Assembly (NCBI GenBank): GCA_000043285.1
Contig: BX248583.1
Location: forward strand, 630,001 to 662,000
Direction: 5' to 3'
DNA length: 32,000 nt
Source of the DNA: Candidatus Blochmanniella floridana
GTDB taxonomy: Bacteria; Pseudomonadota; Gammaproteobacteria; Enterobacterales; Enterobacteriaceae
The first letter of the stretch is position 1. Every line of letters starts with the position of its first letter. The position numbers and the translations under genes were made by a program. This document shows positions 1 to 11,834 of the stretch, piece by piece. The notes below the pieces were generated by a model. The model worked only from the letters and a program-made list of their open reading frames with translations, did not search any database and was not told where the DNA came from.

Positions 1-74
1 ACAACATTTATTACATCAGTATACTGCAAATACAAAATATATTCCCCATAGTCGATATATATTCCCGATACCAT
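1..74 (-). CDS. rplJ: Probable 5' end of 50S ribosomal protein L10 (partial, runs off the window)
   Basis: The frame downstream of rplA is open to the window edge and reads MVSGIYIDYGEYILYLQYTDVINVV. The LYLQ..VI..V part weakly resembles the E. coli L10 N-terminus MALNLQDKQAIVAEV. Position and strand match the rplKAJL order. The true start may be internal (ATT at 38 or TTG at 35), about 8 nt after a GGGG(A) SD-like run, rather than the ATG at 74. Confidence 0.4.
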   Translation of the reverse strand, partial: MVSGIYIDYGEYILYLQYTDVINV

Positions 75-130
75 CAAAAAAATAAAAATAATAAAAAAAT
101 TACCAAATTAAACAATCCATTCATTACTAC

Positions 131-838
131 TTAATGTATAAGTACATTGAGGCTACTCTTATCTATTAATATAGATCTACCCATAGTAGTAGAAATATAT
201 ATTTTTTTTATATATATACCCTTAAATTGCGTTGGTTTTACTTGATATATAGAAAAAACTAATGCTTCCAAATTCTCTTGTAAACATGAAATATTAAAAT
301 TTATTTTCCCAATAACGGCATGAATAATACCATTCTTATCATTTTTATATCGTACTTGACCTAATTTAAAATTTCTAATTGTATCAGTCAAATTCTGAGT
401 TACAGTACTCATTTTAGGGTTAGGCATTAAACCTTTAGGACCTAAAATAGGTCCTAATTGGCTAACTATATTCATCACATCAGGAGATGCAATAAATACA
501 TCAAATCCAGTACACCCTTTTGTTTTTATCAATTGACATAAATCCTCTAATCCCGCAAAATCAGCTCCAGCTCGCCTAGCTAATACTACATTAGATTCAC
601 CTTGAGTAAAAACAGCAATCCTAATTTTTTTACCAAGACCATGAGGCATTACAACACTATTTCGTACATTTTGATCAGACCTACGAGGATTAATTCCTAA
701 ATTAACAGCAACATCTACATTTTCTACAAACTTAACTCTTGCAGTTTCTTGCAATATTCTCAAACCATCTGCAATATTATACTGCACAGACTTATCTATA
801 CAGTTTAATATTTTTTTTCTTTTACTCAATCTATTCAT
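131..838 (-). CDS. rplA: 50S ribosomal protein L1
   Basis: The 235 aa ORF is colinear with E. coli L1 (234 aa). Shared blocks include [18 protein letters not shown]-like [24 protein letters not shown] and [15 protein letters not shown]. Its ATG overlaps the rplK stop as ATGA at 835-838. Confidence 0.96.
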   Translation of the reverse strand: MNRLSKRKKILNCIDKSVQYNIADGLRILQETARVKFVENVDVAVNLGINPRRSDQNVRNSVVMPHGLGKKIRIAVFTQGESNVVLARRAGADFAGLEDLCQLIKTKGCTGFDVFIASPDVMNIVSQLGPILGPKGLMPNPKMSTVTQNLTDTIRNFKLGQVRYKNDKNGIIHAVIGKINFNISCLQENLEALVFSIYQVKPTQFKGIYIKKIYISTTMGRSILIDKSSLNVLIH

Positions 839-1275
839 AAATTATCCTCTACTTCTAATCCTATAGAACGAGCAGTTCCCATAATAGATTTCGATGCCGA
901 TTCCAAATTTAAACTCGTCATATCAATTAATTTTATTTTTGCAATCTCATAAATTTGACTAATCAATACTTTTCCTACACTTACACATTTTGGTTTTTCA
1001 GATCCTGACTTAATTCCAGCTGCCTTTTTTAACAAAAATACAGCTGTAGGTGTTTTAATTACAAACGAAAAAGAACGATCAACATATACTGTAATAACCA
1101 CAGGTAAAATCAACCCCATTTCAAAATCCGCAGTCCTAGTATTAAAATCCTTACAAAACTTCATAATATTAATTCCTTGCTGTCCTAAAGCAGGACCAAT
1201 AGGAGGACTAGGAGTAGCCGATCTAGCCTCAATTTGTAATTTAATACATGATTGAACTTTTTTTTTAACAATCAT
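835..1275 (-). CDS. rplK: 50S ribosomal protein L11
   Basis: The ORF track gives 835..1338. Homology to E. coli L11 (142 aa) starts at the internal ATG at 1275 ([17 protein letters not shown].. versus MAKKVQAYVKLQV..). The [17 protein letters not shown] and AAGIKSGS blocks are conserved. The upstream 21 codons have no homolog. Confidence 0.93.
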   Translation of the reverse strand: MIVKKKVQSCIKLQIEARSATPSPPIGPALGQQGINIMKFCKDFNTRTADFEMGLILPVVITVYVDRSFSFVIKTPTAVFLLKKAAGIKSGSEKPKCVSVGKVLISQIYEIAKIKLIDMTSLNLESASKSIMGTARSIGLEVEDNL

Positions 1276-1382
1276 ACAAATATCCCAAAATTGTCTAAAA
1301 CTAATAGATAACAAAATATCAATTACATGATAATACAATATTGATATTAAATATCAACTCCAATACAAAAAATTAACTAAAA

Positions 1383-1928
1383 CTAGGACTTTTCAACTTG
1401 AGCAAAATCTAAATCTACAGGAGTAGATCGTCCAAATATAGATACTGATACCTTAAGTCGATTTTTTTCATAATCTACTTCCTCTACTACAGCATTAAAA
1501 TCAGAAAACGGCCCATCACTAACTCGAATCAACTCTCCTGGCTCAAAAAGAGTTTTTGGTCTTGGTTTATCACCTATTTGCTTTAATTTACATATAATAG
1601 CATCAACTTCTTTATCTCCGATAGGAGCAGGCTTATCACAAGTTCCCCCTACAAAACCTAATACCTTCGGTACATTTTTCACTAAATGCCAACTAGAACT
1701 ATTCATAACCATTTGTACTAACACATAACCCGGAAAAAATTTACGCTCACTTTTTCGACGTTGTCCAGAACGCATTTCCACTACTTCCTCTGTAGGCACC
1801 ATTATATCCCCAAACATAGAACTCATATCTTTTATTTTAATATGTTCTTTCAAAGCACGAGCAACCTGATTTTCAAATCCAGAAAAAGCTTGAACAACGT
1901 ACCAACGCTTCCTTAAAATATCTAACAT
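1383..1928 (-). CDS. nusG: Transcription termination/antitermination factor NusG
   Basis: 181 aa, the same length as E. coli NusG. Conserved blocks are [29 protein letters not shown] and the KOW region [37 protein letters not shown]. Confidence 0.97.
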   Translation of the reverse strand: MLDILRKRWYVVQAFSGFENQVARALKEHIKIKDMSSMFGDIMVPTEEVVEMRSGQRRKSERKFFPGYVLVQMVMNSSSWHLVKNVPKVLGFVGGTCDKPAPIGDKEVDAIICKLKQIGDKPRPKTLFEPGELIRVSDGPFSDFNAVVEEVDYEKNRLKVSVSIFGRSTPVDLDFAQVEKS

Positions 1929-1929
1929 A

Positions 1930-2304
1930 TTATAACCTCAATCCAAATGCTATTACATGCACTAAAACAGCATCCAACCCCCAAACTAACAAAGACATTA
2001 ATACTGTCACTGCAACTATAACCAACGTTGTATTTAAACTTTCCTGATATGTTGGCCACACTACCTTTTGCAATTCAATACATGACTCTTTTCCAAACAC
2101 AATAATCCATTTTCCTATTTTAGTAGTAAATACAATATAAACTGTCACAATTATAATAACAAAAATCAACATCATTCTCACATATATATCATAACCGCGA
2201 AACACCTCATTACCGATAATAGACAATATTAGTAATATAACTACCCCTACCCATTTTACAATTTCTAATAATCTATTTTTTTTATTTTCATCCTTCATCT
2301 TCAT
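1930..2304 (-). CDS. secE: Preprotein translocase subunit SecE
   Basis: 124 aa with three hydrophobic segments. The C-terminal block [31 protein letters not shown] matches E. coli SecE (VVWPTRQETLHTTLIV..). It sits immediately upstream of nusG, as in E. coli. Confidence 0.92.
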   Translation of the reverse strand: MKMKDENKKNRLLEIVKWVGVVILLILSIIGNEVFRGYDIYVRMMLIFVIIIVTVYIVFTTKIGKWIIVFGKESCIELQKVVWPTYQESLNTTLVIVAVTVLMSLLVWGLDAVLVHVIAFGLRL

Positions 2305-2458
2305 ATCATAATCACAACAACTACATCATAATTTCAATAATTGCATATCGCACATGTCTAATCGTAAAAATAATAACTCTTTAAAAAAAAATCCCAATAC
2401 TTTCCTATACAATAAAAATAAATATATACCTATTATATTATTACAAACCCACAATACC

Positions 2459-3643
2459 TTAAGAAATAACTCTAGATACTACACCAGCACCAACAGTACG
2501 ACCACCCTCTCTAATTGCAAAACGTAATCCATCATCCATTGCTATAGGAGAAATCAAATGCACAACCATTTTTATATTATCTCCTGGCATCACCATTTCT
2601 ACTTCTTTGGGTAACTCAATAGTACCAGTAACATCAGTCGTGCGAAAATAAAATTGCGGCCGATATCCTTTAAAAAATGGAGTATGTCGACCTCCTTCAT
2701 CTTTATTTAAAATATACACCTCTGATTCAAAATTTGAATGAGGCTTAATACATCCAGGTTTAGATAAAACCTGACCTCTCTCTACCTCATCTCTCTTAGT
2801 CCCTCTTAATAATACCCCTACATTTTCACCAGCCCGCCCTTCATCTAACAATTTTCTAAACATTTCAATCCCAGTGCACGTAGTTTTCACTGTGTCTTTT
2901 ATTCCAACTATCTCTACTTCCTCTCCAACCTTAATAATTCCACTTTCAACTCGACCTGTTACTACCGTTCCTCTTCCAGAAATAGAAAACACATCCTCTA
3001 TAGGTAATAAAAATGGTTTATCTATAGAACGTTTAGGTTCCGGAATATAATTATCTAATATACTAGATAATTCTAATACTTTACTAGACCATTTTTCATC
3101 ACCTTCTAACGCCTTCAAAGCTGATCCTTGAATAATAGGAGCACTATCCCCTGGAAAATCATATTGAGATAACAATTCTCTAACTTCCATCTCAACTAAC
3201 TCCAATAACTCCAAATCGTCAACCATATCACATTTGTTTAAAAATACAACAATATGAGGCACTCCCACTTGACGCGCTAATAATATATGCTCTCGAGTTT
3301 GAGGCATAGGCCCGTCAGTAGCAGCAACAACTAAAATAGCCCCATCCATCTGCGCAGCTCCAGTAATCATATTCTTTACATAATCAGCATGACCTGGACA
3401 ATCAACATGTGCGTAATGTCTAAATTCAGTATCATACTCAACATGAGAAGTATTAATGGTAATACCTCGGGCCTTTTCTTCTGGAGCATTATCAATTTGA
3501 TCAAAAGCTCGAGCACATCCACCATATTTCTTAGATAACACCGTTGTTATAGCAGCAGTTAACGTAGTTTTACCATGATCTACATGACCAATAGTACCGA
3601 CATTAATATGAGTCCTAATGCGCTGAAATTTTTCTTTAGACAC
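2459..3643 (-). CDS. tuf: Elongation factor Tu
   Basis: 394 aa. GTPase motifs are [14 protein letters not shown] and NKCD, and identity to E. coli EF-Tu is very high throughout. It has a GTG start at 3643-3641, as E. coli tufA does. Confidence 0.98.
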   Translation of the reverse strand: MSKEKFQRIRTHINVGTIGHVDHGKTTLTAAITTVLSKKYGGCARAFDQIDNAPEEKARGITINTSHVEYDTEFRHYAHVDCPGHADYVKNMITGAAQMDGAILVVAATDGPMPQTREHILLARQVGVPHIVVFLNKCDMVDDLELLELVEMEVRELLSQYDFPGDSAPIIQGSALKALEGDEKWSSKVLELSSILDNYIPEPKRSIDKPFLLPIEDVFSISGRGTVVTGRVESGIIKVGEEVEIVGIKDTVKTTCTGIEMFRKLLDEGRAGENVGVLLRGTKRDEVERGQVLSKPGCIKPHSNFESEVYILNKDEGGRHTPFFKGYRPQFYFRTTDVTGTIELPKEVEMVMPGDNIKMVVHLISPIAMDDGLRFAIREGGRTVGAGVVSRVIS

Positions 3644-3649
3644 TTCTAA

Positions 3650-3655
3650 CTCCTT
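3650..3655 (-). promoter_or_regulatory. Shine-Dalgarno sequence (AAGGAG) for tuf
   Basis: The plus strand reads ctcctt, which is AAGGAG on the minus strand, 6 nt upstream of the tuf GTG start. Confidence 0.6.
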
Positions 3656-3742
3656 AATTTTTTATTCATACCAAACTTTAATACAATATTGATTACAGAA
3701 TATATTTAAATACGTAACATATATTCTATCATTTAAATATTA

Positions 3743-5872
3743 CTATTTCACTCTACGAGACTCTATAATTGATTGTGCAATATTATTAGGTACCTCATTA
3801 TATTTTAAAAACTCCATAGAATGTGAAGCCCGCCCTTGTGTTTGTGAACGCAACGCAGTTGCATAACCAAACATTTCAGACAGCGGAACCTTCGCATGTA
3901 TTATTCTTCCTATATTCATAGAATTTTCTAAATTACTAATTATACCTCGACGCCGATTTAAATCCGCAATTACATCTCCCATATACTCTTCTGGAGTCTC
4001 AATTTCTACTTTCATTATAGGCTCTAACAACACTGGATTTGCTCTCATAAAACCTTCTTTAAACGCTATAGATCCTGCTATCTTAAACGCTATTTCAGAA
4101 GAATCAACTTCATGATAAGACCCATCGAAAATAGTTACAGAAACTCCTACAATTGGATATCCAGCTAAAACACCATTACTTATTTGTTCTTGAATTCCTT
4201 TATCTACAGCAGGTATATATTCTTTAGGAATCACACCCCCAACAATTTTATTAAAAAATTTATAACTATCACTGCTACTCTCATTATTAATATTCATAGG
4301 TTCTAAAAGCAACCATACATGGCCAAACTGACCTCTTCCTCCAGATTGACGAATAAACTTACCTTCTTGTTTTATCACTGATCGAATAGTCTCTCGATAC
4401 GCAACTTGAGGTTTTCCTACATTCGCTTCTATACTAAATTCCCTTCTCATACGTTCTACTAAAATTTCTAAATGTAATTCTCCCATCCCTGCAATAATAG
4501 TTTGTCCAGAATCTTGATCTATCCAAACACGAAAAGAAGGGTCTTCCTGAGACAAACGACTTAACGCCAATCCCATCTTTTCCTGATCTAATTTAGTTTT
4601 TGCTTCAACCATAACAGAAATTACTGGATCTGGAAATTCCATACTTTCTAAAATAATTGGATGATTACAATCACATAACGTATCCCCTGTAGATACATCC
4701 TTTAAACCAATAGCTGCAGCAATATCCCCTGCGTAAACCGACTTAATTTCTTCTCTTTTATTAGCATGCATTTGAACAATTCTTCCAAATCGTTCACGTT
4801 TTTCCTTGACAGAATTAAAAATACTATCTCCAGAATTAACTACACCTGAATACACCCTAAAAAATGTCAAATTCCCAACAAAAGGGTCAGTAGCAACTTT
4901 AAATGCTAATGCTGAAAAAGGCTCACTATCTTTAACATAACGTTCCTCTAAAGCACACCCATCCTTTTTTAATATTCCCTTAACAGATACAAGATCAGTA
5001 GGAGACGGTAAATATTCTACTACTGCATCTAACATCGATTGTACCCCTTTATTCTTAAAAGCCGAACCACAAGTCACTAACAAGATTTCATTTTTTAAAA
5101 CTCTTTTCCTCAAAGCTTGTTTTATATCATATTCTGTTAATTGAGTACTATTAGATAAATATTTATCTAATAATTCTTCGGATTCTTCAACAGCAGATTC
5201 TACCAAATGATTACGCCAAAAATTAGACAATTCAATTAAATCATTAGGTATATCTTCATAAAAAAAAGTAACTCCTTGATCAGAATCATTCCAATTAATT
5301 GCCTTCATTTTTATTAAATCTACTACCCCAGTAAATTTATTTTCAGATCCTATAGCTAATTGTATAGGAACAGGATTAGCAAATAACTTAGTTTTTAATT
5401 CTTCTACAACATGTAAATAATTTGCACCCATACGATCCATTTTATTAACAAATGCAATACGTGGTACTTTATATTTATTAGCCTGACGCCATACCGTTTC
5501 CGATTGAGGTTGTACTCCCCCTACACCACAATATACCATAACTACTCCATCTAACACTCGCATCGAACGTTCTACTTCAATAGTAAAATCTACATGACCA
5601 GGAGTATCAATAATATTTATACGATGAACAGGAAATTGTTTAGCCATACCTGACCAAAAACATGTAGTAGCCGCCGAAGTAATCGTTATACCACGTTCTT
5701 GCTCTTGTTCCATCCAATCCATAGTAGCAGATCCAGTATGAACTTCTCCAATCTTATGATTTACTCCAGTATAAAATAAAATACGCTCAGTCGTAGTAGT
5801 TTTTCCAGCATCTATATGAGCACTTATACCAATATTACGATAATACGCAATTGGGGTTATTCTAATAACCAT
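3743..5872 (-). CDS. fusA: Elongation factor G
   Basis: 709 aa, colinear with E. coli EF-G (704 aa). Conserved blocks are [39 protein letters not shown] and the C-terminal EMFGYAT.LRS.T.GRAS. Confidence 0.98.
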   Translation of the reverse strand: MVIRITPIAYYRNIGISAHIDAGKTTTTERILFYTGVNHKIGEVHTGSATMDWMEQEQERGITITSAATTCFWSGMAKQFPVHRINIIDTPGHVDFTIEVERSMRVLDGVVMVYCGVGGVQPQSETVWRQANKYKVPRIAFVNKMDRMGANYLHVVEELKTKLFANPVPIQLAIGSENKFTGVVDLIKMKAINWNDSDQGVTFFYEDIPNDLIELSNFWRNHLVESAVEESEELLDKYLSNSTQLTEYDIKQALRKRVLKNEILLVTCGSAFKNKGVQSMLDAVVEYLPSPTDLVSVKGILKKDGCALEERYVKDSEPFSALAFKVATDPFVGNLTFFRVYSGVVNSGDSIFNSVKEKRERFGRIVQMHANKREEIKSVYAGDIAAAIGLKDVSTGDTLCDCNHPIILESMEFPDPVISVMVEAKTKLDQEKMGLALSRLSQEDPSFRVWIDQDSGQTIIAGMGELHLEILVERMRREFSIEANVGKPQVAYRETIRSVIKQEGKFIRQSGGRGQFGHVWLLLEPMNINNESSSDSYKFFNKIVGGVIPKEYIPAVDKGIQEQISNGVLAGYPIVGVSVTIFDGSYHEVDSSEIAFKIAGSIAFKEGFMRANPVLLEPIMKVEIETPEEYMGDVIADLNRRRGIISNLENSMNIGRIIHAKVPLSEMFGYATALRSQTQGRASHSMEFLKYNEVPNNIAQSIIESRRVK

Positions 5873-5979
5873 TTATATCCTCAATTTATCTCAATAAATA
5901 ATATATACTTCTTTTATTATAAAAAAATCATTCAAAAATATACACTTATACTATACCAAATTTATGTTTATAAAAAAAA

Positions 5980-6453
5980 TTACCACCTATAATGAGCAAA
6001 TGCTTTATTAGATTCTGCTAATCGATGCACTTCCTCTCGTTTTTTAACTGCATTTCCCTTTCCTTCCGAAGCATCAAAAAGTTCATTTGCTAAACGCATC
6101 TCCATAGATTTATCATTCCGTTTTCGAGCTGATTCAATTATCCATCTCATGGCCAAAGTATTTCTACGAACTAACCTAACTTCAACTGGAACCTGATATG
6201 TAGATCCACCAACCCTCCTCGATTTTACTTCCACCACAGGCCGAACATTATCCAAAGCCTCTTCAAACAATTCCATACAACTATCCTTGCTAGATCGATC
6301 TAATACCATATCTAATGCAGAATAAATAATTGATTCCGCTACAGATTTCTTCCCATTAAACATCAATATATTAATAAATTTAGATAAAAGATCTGACTTA
6401 AATCTTGGATCTGCAAGAATAACTCGTTTCACAGTAACACGACGACGAGACAT
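5980..6453 (-). CDS. rpsG: 30S ribosomal protein S7
   Basis: 157 aa. [20 protein letters not shown] and the C-terminal NKAFAHYRW are identical to enterobacterial S7. Confidence 0.97.
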   Translation of the reverse strand: MSRRRVTVKRVILADPRFKSDLLSKFINILMFNGKKSVAESIIYSALDMVLDRSSKDSCMELFEEALDNVRPVVEVKSRRVGGSTYQVPVEVRLVRRNTLAMRWIIESARKRNDKSMEMRLANELFDASEGKGNAVKKREEVHRLAESNKAFAHYRW

Positions 6454-6600
6454 AAACCATAATTCCTTATTAACTTAACATACTTTATATTAAAATACTG
6501 CATTCAAAAAATCGAAATAAATTGAATCTAACATATTATGTACTATACCGTACACATAATACACTTATACATTCTACTACAATGAATCCAATAGTATGAA

Positions 6601-6975
6601 TCAAGACTTTAATTTTTTTGTGCCATATTTAGATCGACCATTTTTACGATCTTTTACTCCCGAACAATCCAAAGCTCCTCGAACAACATGATACCGAACA
6701 CCAGGTAAATCCTTTACTCTTCCTCCTCTAATTAAAATAGAAGCATGTTCTTGAAGATTATGTCCTTCACCTCCAATATAACACGTAACTTCCAATCCAT
6801 TGGTTAAACGTACTCGACATACTTTTCTAAGAGCAGAATTCGGTTTTTTCGGAGTAGTAGTATATACCCGAATGCATACACCTCTCTTTTGAGGACAAGA
6901 CTCCAAAGCTGGAACGCTACTCTTTACTACCCGTATAGAACGAGCATTTCCAACTAATTGATTAATCGTAACCAT
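6601..6975 (-). CDS. rpsL: 30S ribosomal protein S12
   Basis: The ORF track gives 6601..7041. Homology to E. coli S12 (124 aa) begins at the ATG at 6975 (MVTINQLV.. versus MATVNQLV..). The block [52 protein letters not shown] is conserved. Confidence 0.96.
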   Translation of the reverse strand: MVTINQLVGNARSIRVVKSSVPALESCPQKRGVCIRVYTTTPKKPNSALRKVCRVRLTNGLEVTCYIGGEGHNLQEHASILIRGGRVKDLPGVRYHVVRGALDCSGVKDRKNGRSKYGTKKLKS

Positions 6976-7729
6976 CTTAAATAAGCTAACCTCTAATTTT
7001 TTATTATTCAACAACCATACAATTATTTTAATCAATTCCATTATTAAACATCAAATATCCTCAATTAAAAACCATATAGTTTTATATCAAACATACCCTA
7101 AATACCACACACTTAACATTCAATAAATTACATAAAACCCACACTATACAGTAACATATAATCAAAATCATTTGAATTTAATCACATATTCATTGCTTAT
7201 CATTATTAAATACAATGATACGTTAATTCAATTTTGTAAAACACTAATATCAATTATACTCATATAAACTAACAAATAACACCAGTTAAAGCAATAGAAA
7301 CAATAGATATAAACAAAACAAACTTAATAAACAACGACCGCATTCATTTTTCCTATTAATAATTTAGTAAAAATTCTTGATAAAATTATAATACAATTTT
7401 AATAATACACATGCTTTCTTATACATCTTTTATATATATTATATACATTCATAAACATTATATTATTCAAAATTAACTAAATATAATATAACCAATACGT
7501 TCATTTAACCATCAAATAATAAACATTACTATCCAGACTAATATCCATAAAATCATATATTATATATAATATATAAATTTATTCTAATATTAAGTAAAAT
7601 TAAATGAAATATTAAAAATATTTCTACATCTGATTTTACATAAGACCATATATCTAATTAATAAATATTAATTATACTAAACTACTTTAACCACTTTAAA
7701 AACACAAAAAACTTATATTACAAATTCAT

Positions 7730-8314
7730 TTAATAATCCATAAAATTTTGTAAAATCTGATAACCATATTCAGTCAATATACTTTCAGGATGAAATTGTA
7801 CTCCTTCTATTAATAAATTACGATGACGAATACCCATAATTTCTCGTTTTCCATCAACATATGTACTCCAAGCAGTCACTTCTAAACATATAGGAATTGT
7901 ATTAATATCAACTACCCAGGAGTGATATCGAATTACACGAAAAGATTGTACTAATCCAGTAAACACTCCACAATCATTATGATAAATTATAGACGACTTA
8001 CCATGCATTACTATCTGAGCATATGTTAATTTAGCACCAAAAAATTGAGCAATAACCTGATGTCCTAAACATACCCCAAAAATCGGAATTCGATTACCAA
8101 AATAATTAACTGCTTTAAACGAAATACCTGAATTGCTTGTAGTACCAGGTCCAGGAGAAATTACTAATCTATCAGGAGATAGATGATCAAAATCCATCAA
8201 ATCAATAGAATCATGTCTTTTAACATCTACAATTCCGCCCATTTTTCTAAAATATTGATACAAATTCCAAGTAAAAGAATCATAATTATCTATGATTAAA
8301 ACCTTATTCATCAA
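7730..8314 (-). CDS. pabA: Class I glutamine amidotransferase, aminodeoxychorismate/anthranilate synthase component II
   Basis: 194 aa, colinear with E. coli PabA (187 aa). Conserved blocks are LIIDNYDSFTWNLYQYF, GVCLGHQ (nucleophile Cys) and GVQFHPESILT (His/Glu of the triad). Its position between the str operon and trpS matches pabA. The PabA versus TrpG assignment rests on synteny. Confidence 0.85.
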   Translation of the reverse strand: MMNKVLIIDNYDSFTWNLYQYFRKMGGIVDVKRHDSIDLMDFDHLSPDRLVISPGPGTTSNSGISFKAVNYFGNRIPIFGVCLGHQVIAQFFGAKLTYAQIVMHGKSSIIYHNDCGVFTGLVQSFRVIRYHSWVVDINTIPICLEVTAWSTYVDGKREIMGIRHRNLLIEGVQFHPESILTEYGYQILQNFMDY

Positions 8315-8470
8315 TAAAAATCATCAACTCTATTCATTTATATTAAATTTTATATAAACTTATATACAAAACACATTTCTAATAATTAATCATTACAATC
8401 AAAATATCAGTATTTATACATTAACACATACATTATCATTTTTAATTCTATTGTATAAATATCGATTTCA

Positions 8471-9475
8471 TTAACTTTCTTTATAAAAACCCATTAATTC
8501 ATTAACTTTTTTAAAAGTAATTTGAGCTTGCATACGTGCCTTTTGAGAACCTACGTTCAATATATGATTTAATTTACCTTCATTCGAACGTTCACTAATA
8601 TACCGACATTGTAAATCTTTTAACATACATGATAATTCCTGAATCACAACATCTTTTAACTGAGCGTATGTTTTCGACTGAAACGATTCTTCTAAATTCA
8701 ATATAGATTGACCACTTATCCCAGAAAGAATAGCTAATAAGTTAGAAATACCTGGTTTTTTTATAGGATCAAAACAAATCGCTGCAGGAGAATCAGAGTC
8801 AGTAACTGCACCCTGAATTTTTTTTGATATACAATCAACATTATCTAATAAAGTAATATAACTATTAGGATCTGGATCAGATTTAGACATTTTCCTTGTA
8901 GGATTCAATAAAGACATAATACGTGATCCATACATCGATATTAATACATTCGGTATCTTAAATACTGTTCCAAATATATTATTAAATCTCCTTGCAATAT
9001 CTCGCACCAACTCTACATGCTGTCTTTGATCTTCTCCAACTGGAACAAAATCAGTCTGATATAATAAAATATCAGAAGCCATTAATATTGGATAATTAAA
9101 CAATCCAACATTAATATTATTTTTATATCGACTTGATTTCTCTTTAAATTGAACCATACGATTCAACTCACCGTAATACGTGTAACAATTTAATATCCAA
9201 TTAAGTTGACTATGTTCTGGAACATGTGATTGAATAAATATAGTACTAATATCCGGATTAATTCCACATGCCAAATACAATGCTAAAGTATCTAATGATC
9301 TAGTATGCAAAGAACATAAATTATTTCTAACTGTAATAGAATGTAAATCAACTATACAATATATACATTGATAATGCTTTTGCATTTCCACCCAATGACG
9401 TATAGATCCAATATAATTACCTATAGTAAGTTTACCTGTAGGTTGTGCTCCGCTAAATACAATTGATTTATTCAT
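8471..9475 (-). CDS. trpS: Tryptophan--tRNA ligase
   Basis: 334 aa, the same length as E. coli TrpRS. Conserved blocks are [33 protein letters not shown] and the KMSKS motif. Confidence 0.97.
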   Translation of the reverse strand: MNKSIVFSGAQPTGKLTIGNYIGSIRHWVEMQKHYQCIYCIVDLHSITVRNNLCSLHTRSLDTLALYLACGINPDISTIFIQSHVPEHSQLNWILNCYTYYGELNRMVQFKEKSSRYKNNINVGLFNYPILMASDILLYQTDFVPVGEDQRQHVELVRDIARRFNNIFGTVFKIPNVLISMYGSRIMSLLNPTRKMSKSDPDPNSYITLLDNVDCISKKIQGAVTDSDSPAAICFDPIKKPGISNLLAILSGISGQSILNLEESFQSKTYAQLKDVVIQELSCMLKDLQCRYISERSNEGKLNHILNVGSQKARMQAQITFKKVNELMGFYKES

Positions 9476-9718
9476 TTAATATATTATTGATCCGGCTAAA
9501 TATTTTCATACTTCATTGTATATTTTGTGATACTATTATTCATTACACTAAAATAAACATTAATCCCATAAGACTCAAACCTTAAAAATCACTATACCTA
9601 TATAATATATCAATATTACACTGGTTCTCAAATTATATTCAAAAAATATCATACATTTTTATAATTTATGTTAATAATTTCAATTAATATCTGAAATATT
9701 TACTCCAAACATGTATTT

Positions 9719-10387
9719 TTAATATAATAACATTGATCGAAAATTATAAATAACATCATGATAATTTGAAGCATTGAAAATTGCTGATCCTATAATAAAT
9801 ACATTTGCTCCAGACTCACAAATCTTACAAAAATTACTCATATTAATACCCCCATCTACTGCTAAATTGATATCATATGGATTATTATCAATTAATTTAC
9901 GCGTTTGAGTTATTTTCCTTAAGATTTCTGGTAAAAATATTTGACCTCCGAACCCAGGATTAACAGACATCAATATAATGACATCAATTTTATGCATAAC
10001 ATATTCCAAACAACTAAGATCAGTACTAGGATTTAACACTAATCCTGTTTTACATCCATGTTCTTTAATTAATTGTAAAAAACGATCAACATGATCAGTT
10101 GATTCTGGATGAAAACTAATACCAGTTGCCCCCGCCTCAAGAAAATCCAATATTAATCTATCATTTATTGGTTTAATCATCAAATGCACATTAATAGGAA
10201 TATCAATACCGTAATTACGTAATGATTTTAACACCATAGGACCAATACTTAAATTAGGAACATAATGATTATCCATAACATCAAAATGTAATACATCTGC
10301 TCCAGCAGATATAACATTAGATACATCTTCTCCTAATTTTGAAAAATCAGCAGCTAATATAGAAGGTTCAATTAAATATTCTTTCAT
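9719..10387 (-). CDS. rpe: Ribulose-phosphate 3-epimerase
   Basis: The ORF track gives 9719..10411. Alignment with E. coli Rpe (MKQYLIAPSILSADF) favours the ATG at 10387 (MKEYLIEPSILAADF). HFDVMDNHYVPNL.IGPMVLKSLRNYGI and LMSVNPGFGGQ are conserved. The upstream ATG at 10411 is a possible alternative start. Confidence 0.93.
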   Translation of the reverse strand: MKEYLIEPSILAADFSKLGEDVSNVISAGADVLHFDVMDNHYVPNLSIGPMVLKSLRNYGIDIPINVHLMIKPINDRLILDFLEAGATGISFHPESTDHVDRFLQLIKEHGCKTGLVLNPSTDLSCLEYVMHKIDVIILMSVNPGFGGQIFLPEILRKITQTRKLIDNNPYDINLAVDGGINMSNFCKICESGANVFIIGSAIFNASNYHDVIYNFRSMLLY

Positions 10388-10695
10388 ATCTCTTTTCACT
10401 ATAAATACCATTTCAATCTAATTACCATAACCCAATATCGAATAAAGACATATATAAATTACACATATTCATTCAATATTTACTATCTTAAATATAAAAA
10501 ACTAACCATTAAAAATTTTTAGATTATTAAAATTTACAACGTTCAAACTTAAAATTTAATAAAAAATAACTATTCTCTATCCATACAAACAACATCACTC
10601 ATATATCTCTATTTATACAATTAATTCATAAACCCTTAAAATTTTATAATTAACCACTACGATTTCACATAACACTTTCATATATACGAACGTAT

Positions 10696-11790
10696 TCAAA
10701 TATCAATATTTTCAATAGCATTTAAAATAACATCAGTATTGACATTTACAAAAACTTGTGTTTTTCCTATAGACTTAGGTAAAACTAAATTAATTCTTCC
10801 CAATCTAGATTTTTTATCACGTATCATATATTTAATATAATCCTGAGGTTTCATTTCTTCAGGACCACAAATAGGCAAATTAGCACGTTTTAATAACAAT
10901 TTAATACGAATAGCATCATGAAAACTAATCAATCCTCCTATATGCAAAGCAGTACTCACTGCCATCATTAATCCTGCTGCTATAGCTTCCCCATGAGACC
11001 ATTGACTATATCCTAAATAGGACTCTATCGCATGTCCATAAGTATGACCAAGATTCAACACGCTTCTTATTCCTTGATCAAATTCATCCATAATAACTAT
11101 AGATCTTTTCAACTCACAACAACGATATACACAATACATTAAAGACTGAGGATTCAACATTAACAAATAATCTAAATTATTTTCTAACCAATTAAAGAAA
11201 GCTGAGTCAAGAGCAACAGCATATTTAATTATTTCCGATAAACCAGATCTAAATTCTTTTTCAGATAATGTACATAAACAATCTAAATCAACCATCACCG
11301 ATATAGGCTGATGAAAAGAACCAATCATGTTCTTTCCAAAAACATGATTTACACCGGTTTTACCTCCAATAGATGCATCCACTTGAGCTAACAATGTTGT
11401 TGGAACTTGAATAAAACGTATTCCACGTTGATATACAGATGCTGCAAATCCCGTTAAATCTCCAATTACACCTCCCCCAAGAGCAACTAAAATAGTATCT
11501 CGATCATAATTTTTAGATAACAGCTGAGTTAATATTTTATTTAACATACTTAAAGATTTATTTTGTTCACCATCAGGTAAAATACATTGATCAGTTACAA
11601 TCTCACATGCATTAAATGAATTATACAATCTATTTAAATAAATAGGAGCTACACGATCATTAGTAATAATAACAACTAAATCACCATTTTTTATAGTCCA
11701 ATAAGACATAAAATCCTTATTTAAAAGACCATACCCTATAATAATAGGGTAACTTCCTGTTTTCACATTAACAATAATTCTTTTTATCAT
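10696..11790 (-). CDS. aroB: 3-dehydroquinate synthase
   Basis: 364 aa versus 362 in E. coli AroB. Conserved blocks are LPDGEQ.KSL, LGGGVIGDLTGFAA, RFIQVPTTLLAQVD, GGKTGVNH and LNLGHTYGHAIE. Confidence 0.96.
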   Translation of the reverse strand: MIKRIIVNVKTGSYPIIIGYGLLNKDFMSYWTIKNGDLVVIITNDRVAPIYLNRLYNSFNACEIVTDQCILPDGEQNKSLSMLNKILTQLLSKNYDRDTILVALGGGVIGDLTGFAASVYQRGIRFIQVPTTLLAQVDASIGGKTGVNHVFGKNMIGSFHQPISVMVDLDCLCTLSEKEFRSGLSEIIKYAVALDSAFFNWLENNLDYLLMLNPQSLMYCVYRCCELKRSIVIMDEFDQGIRSVLNLGHTYGHAIESYLGYSQWSHGEAIAAGLMMAVSTALHIGGLISFHDAIRIKLLLKRANLPICGPEEMKPQDYIKYMIRDKKSRLGRINLVLPKSIGKTQVFVNVNTDVILNAIENIDI

Positions 11791-11834
11791 AATTCATTAA
11801 TACAAACTCTCATAAAGTATACTAATTTACATAC

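Noticed and set aside
1276-1338. Upstream extensions of ORF-track models for rplK (1276-1338), rpsL (6976-7041), rpe (10388-10411), asd (15360-15368) and dapF (20482-20511)
   Set aside because: The extra N-terminal residues have no counterpart in the E. coli orthologs. In each case an internal ATG aligns exactly with the conserved N-terminus, so I trimmed the genes to it.
6976-7729. Calling sigma-70 promoters (-35/-10) in this and other AT-rich spacers, including upstream of tRNA-Arg at 23134-23200
   Set aside because: TATAAT-like hexamers occur every few tens of bases at this composition, and no -35/-10 pair stands out above that background. Any call would be a guess without 5'-end mapping.
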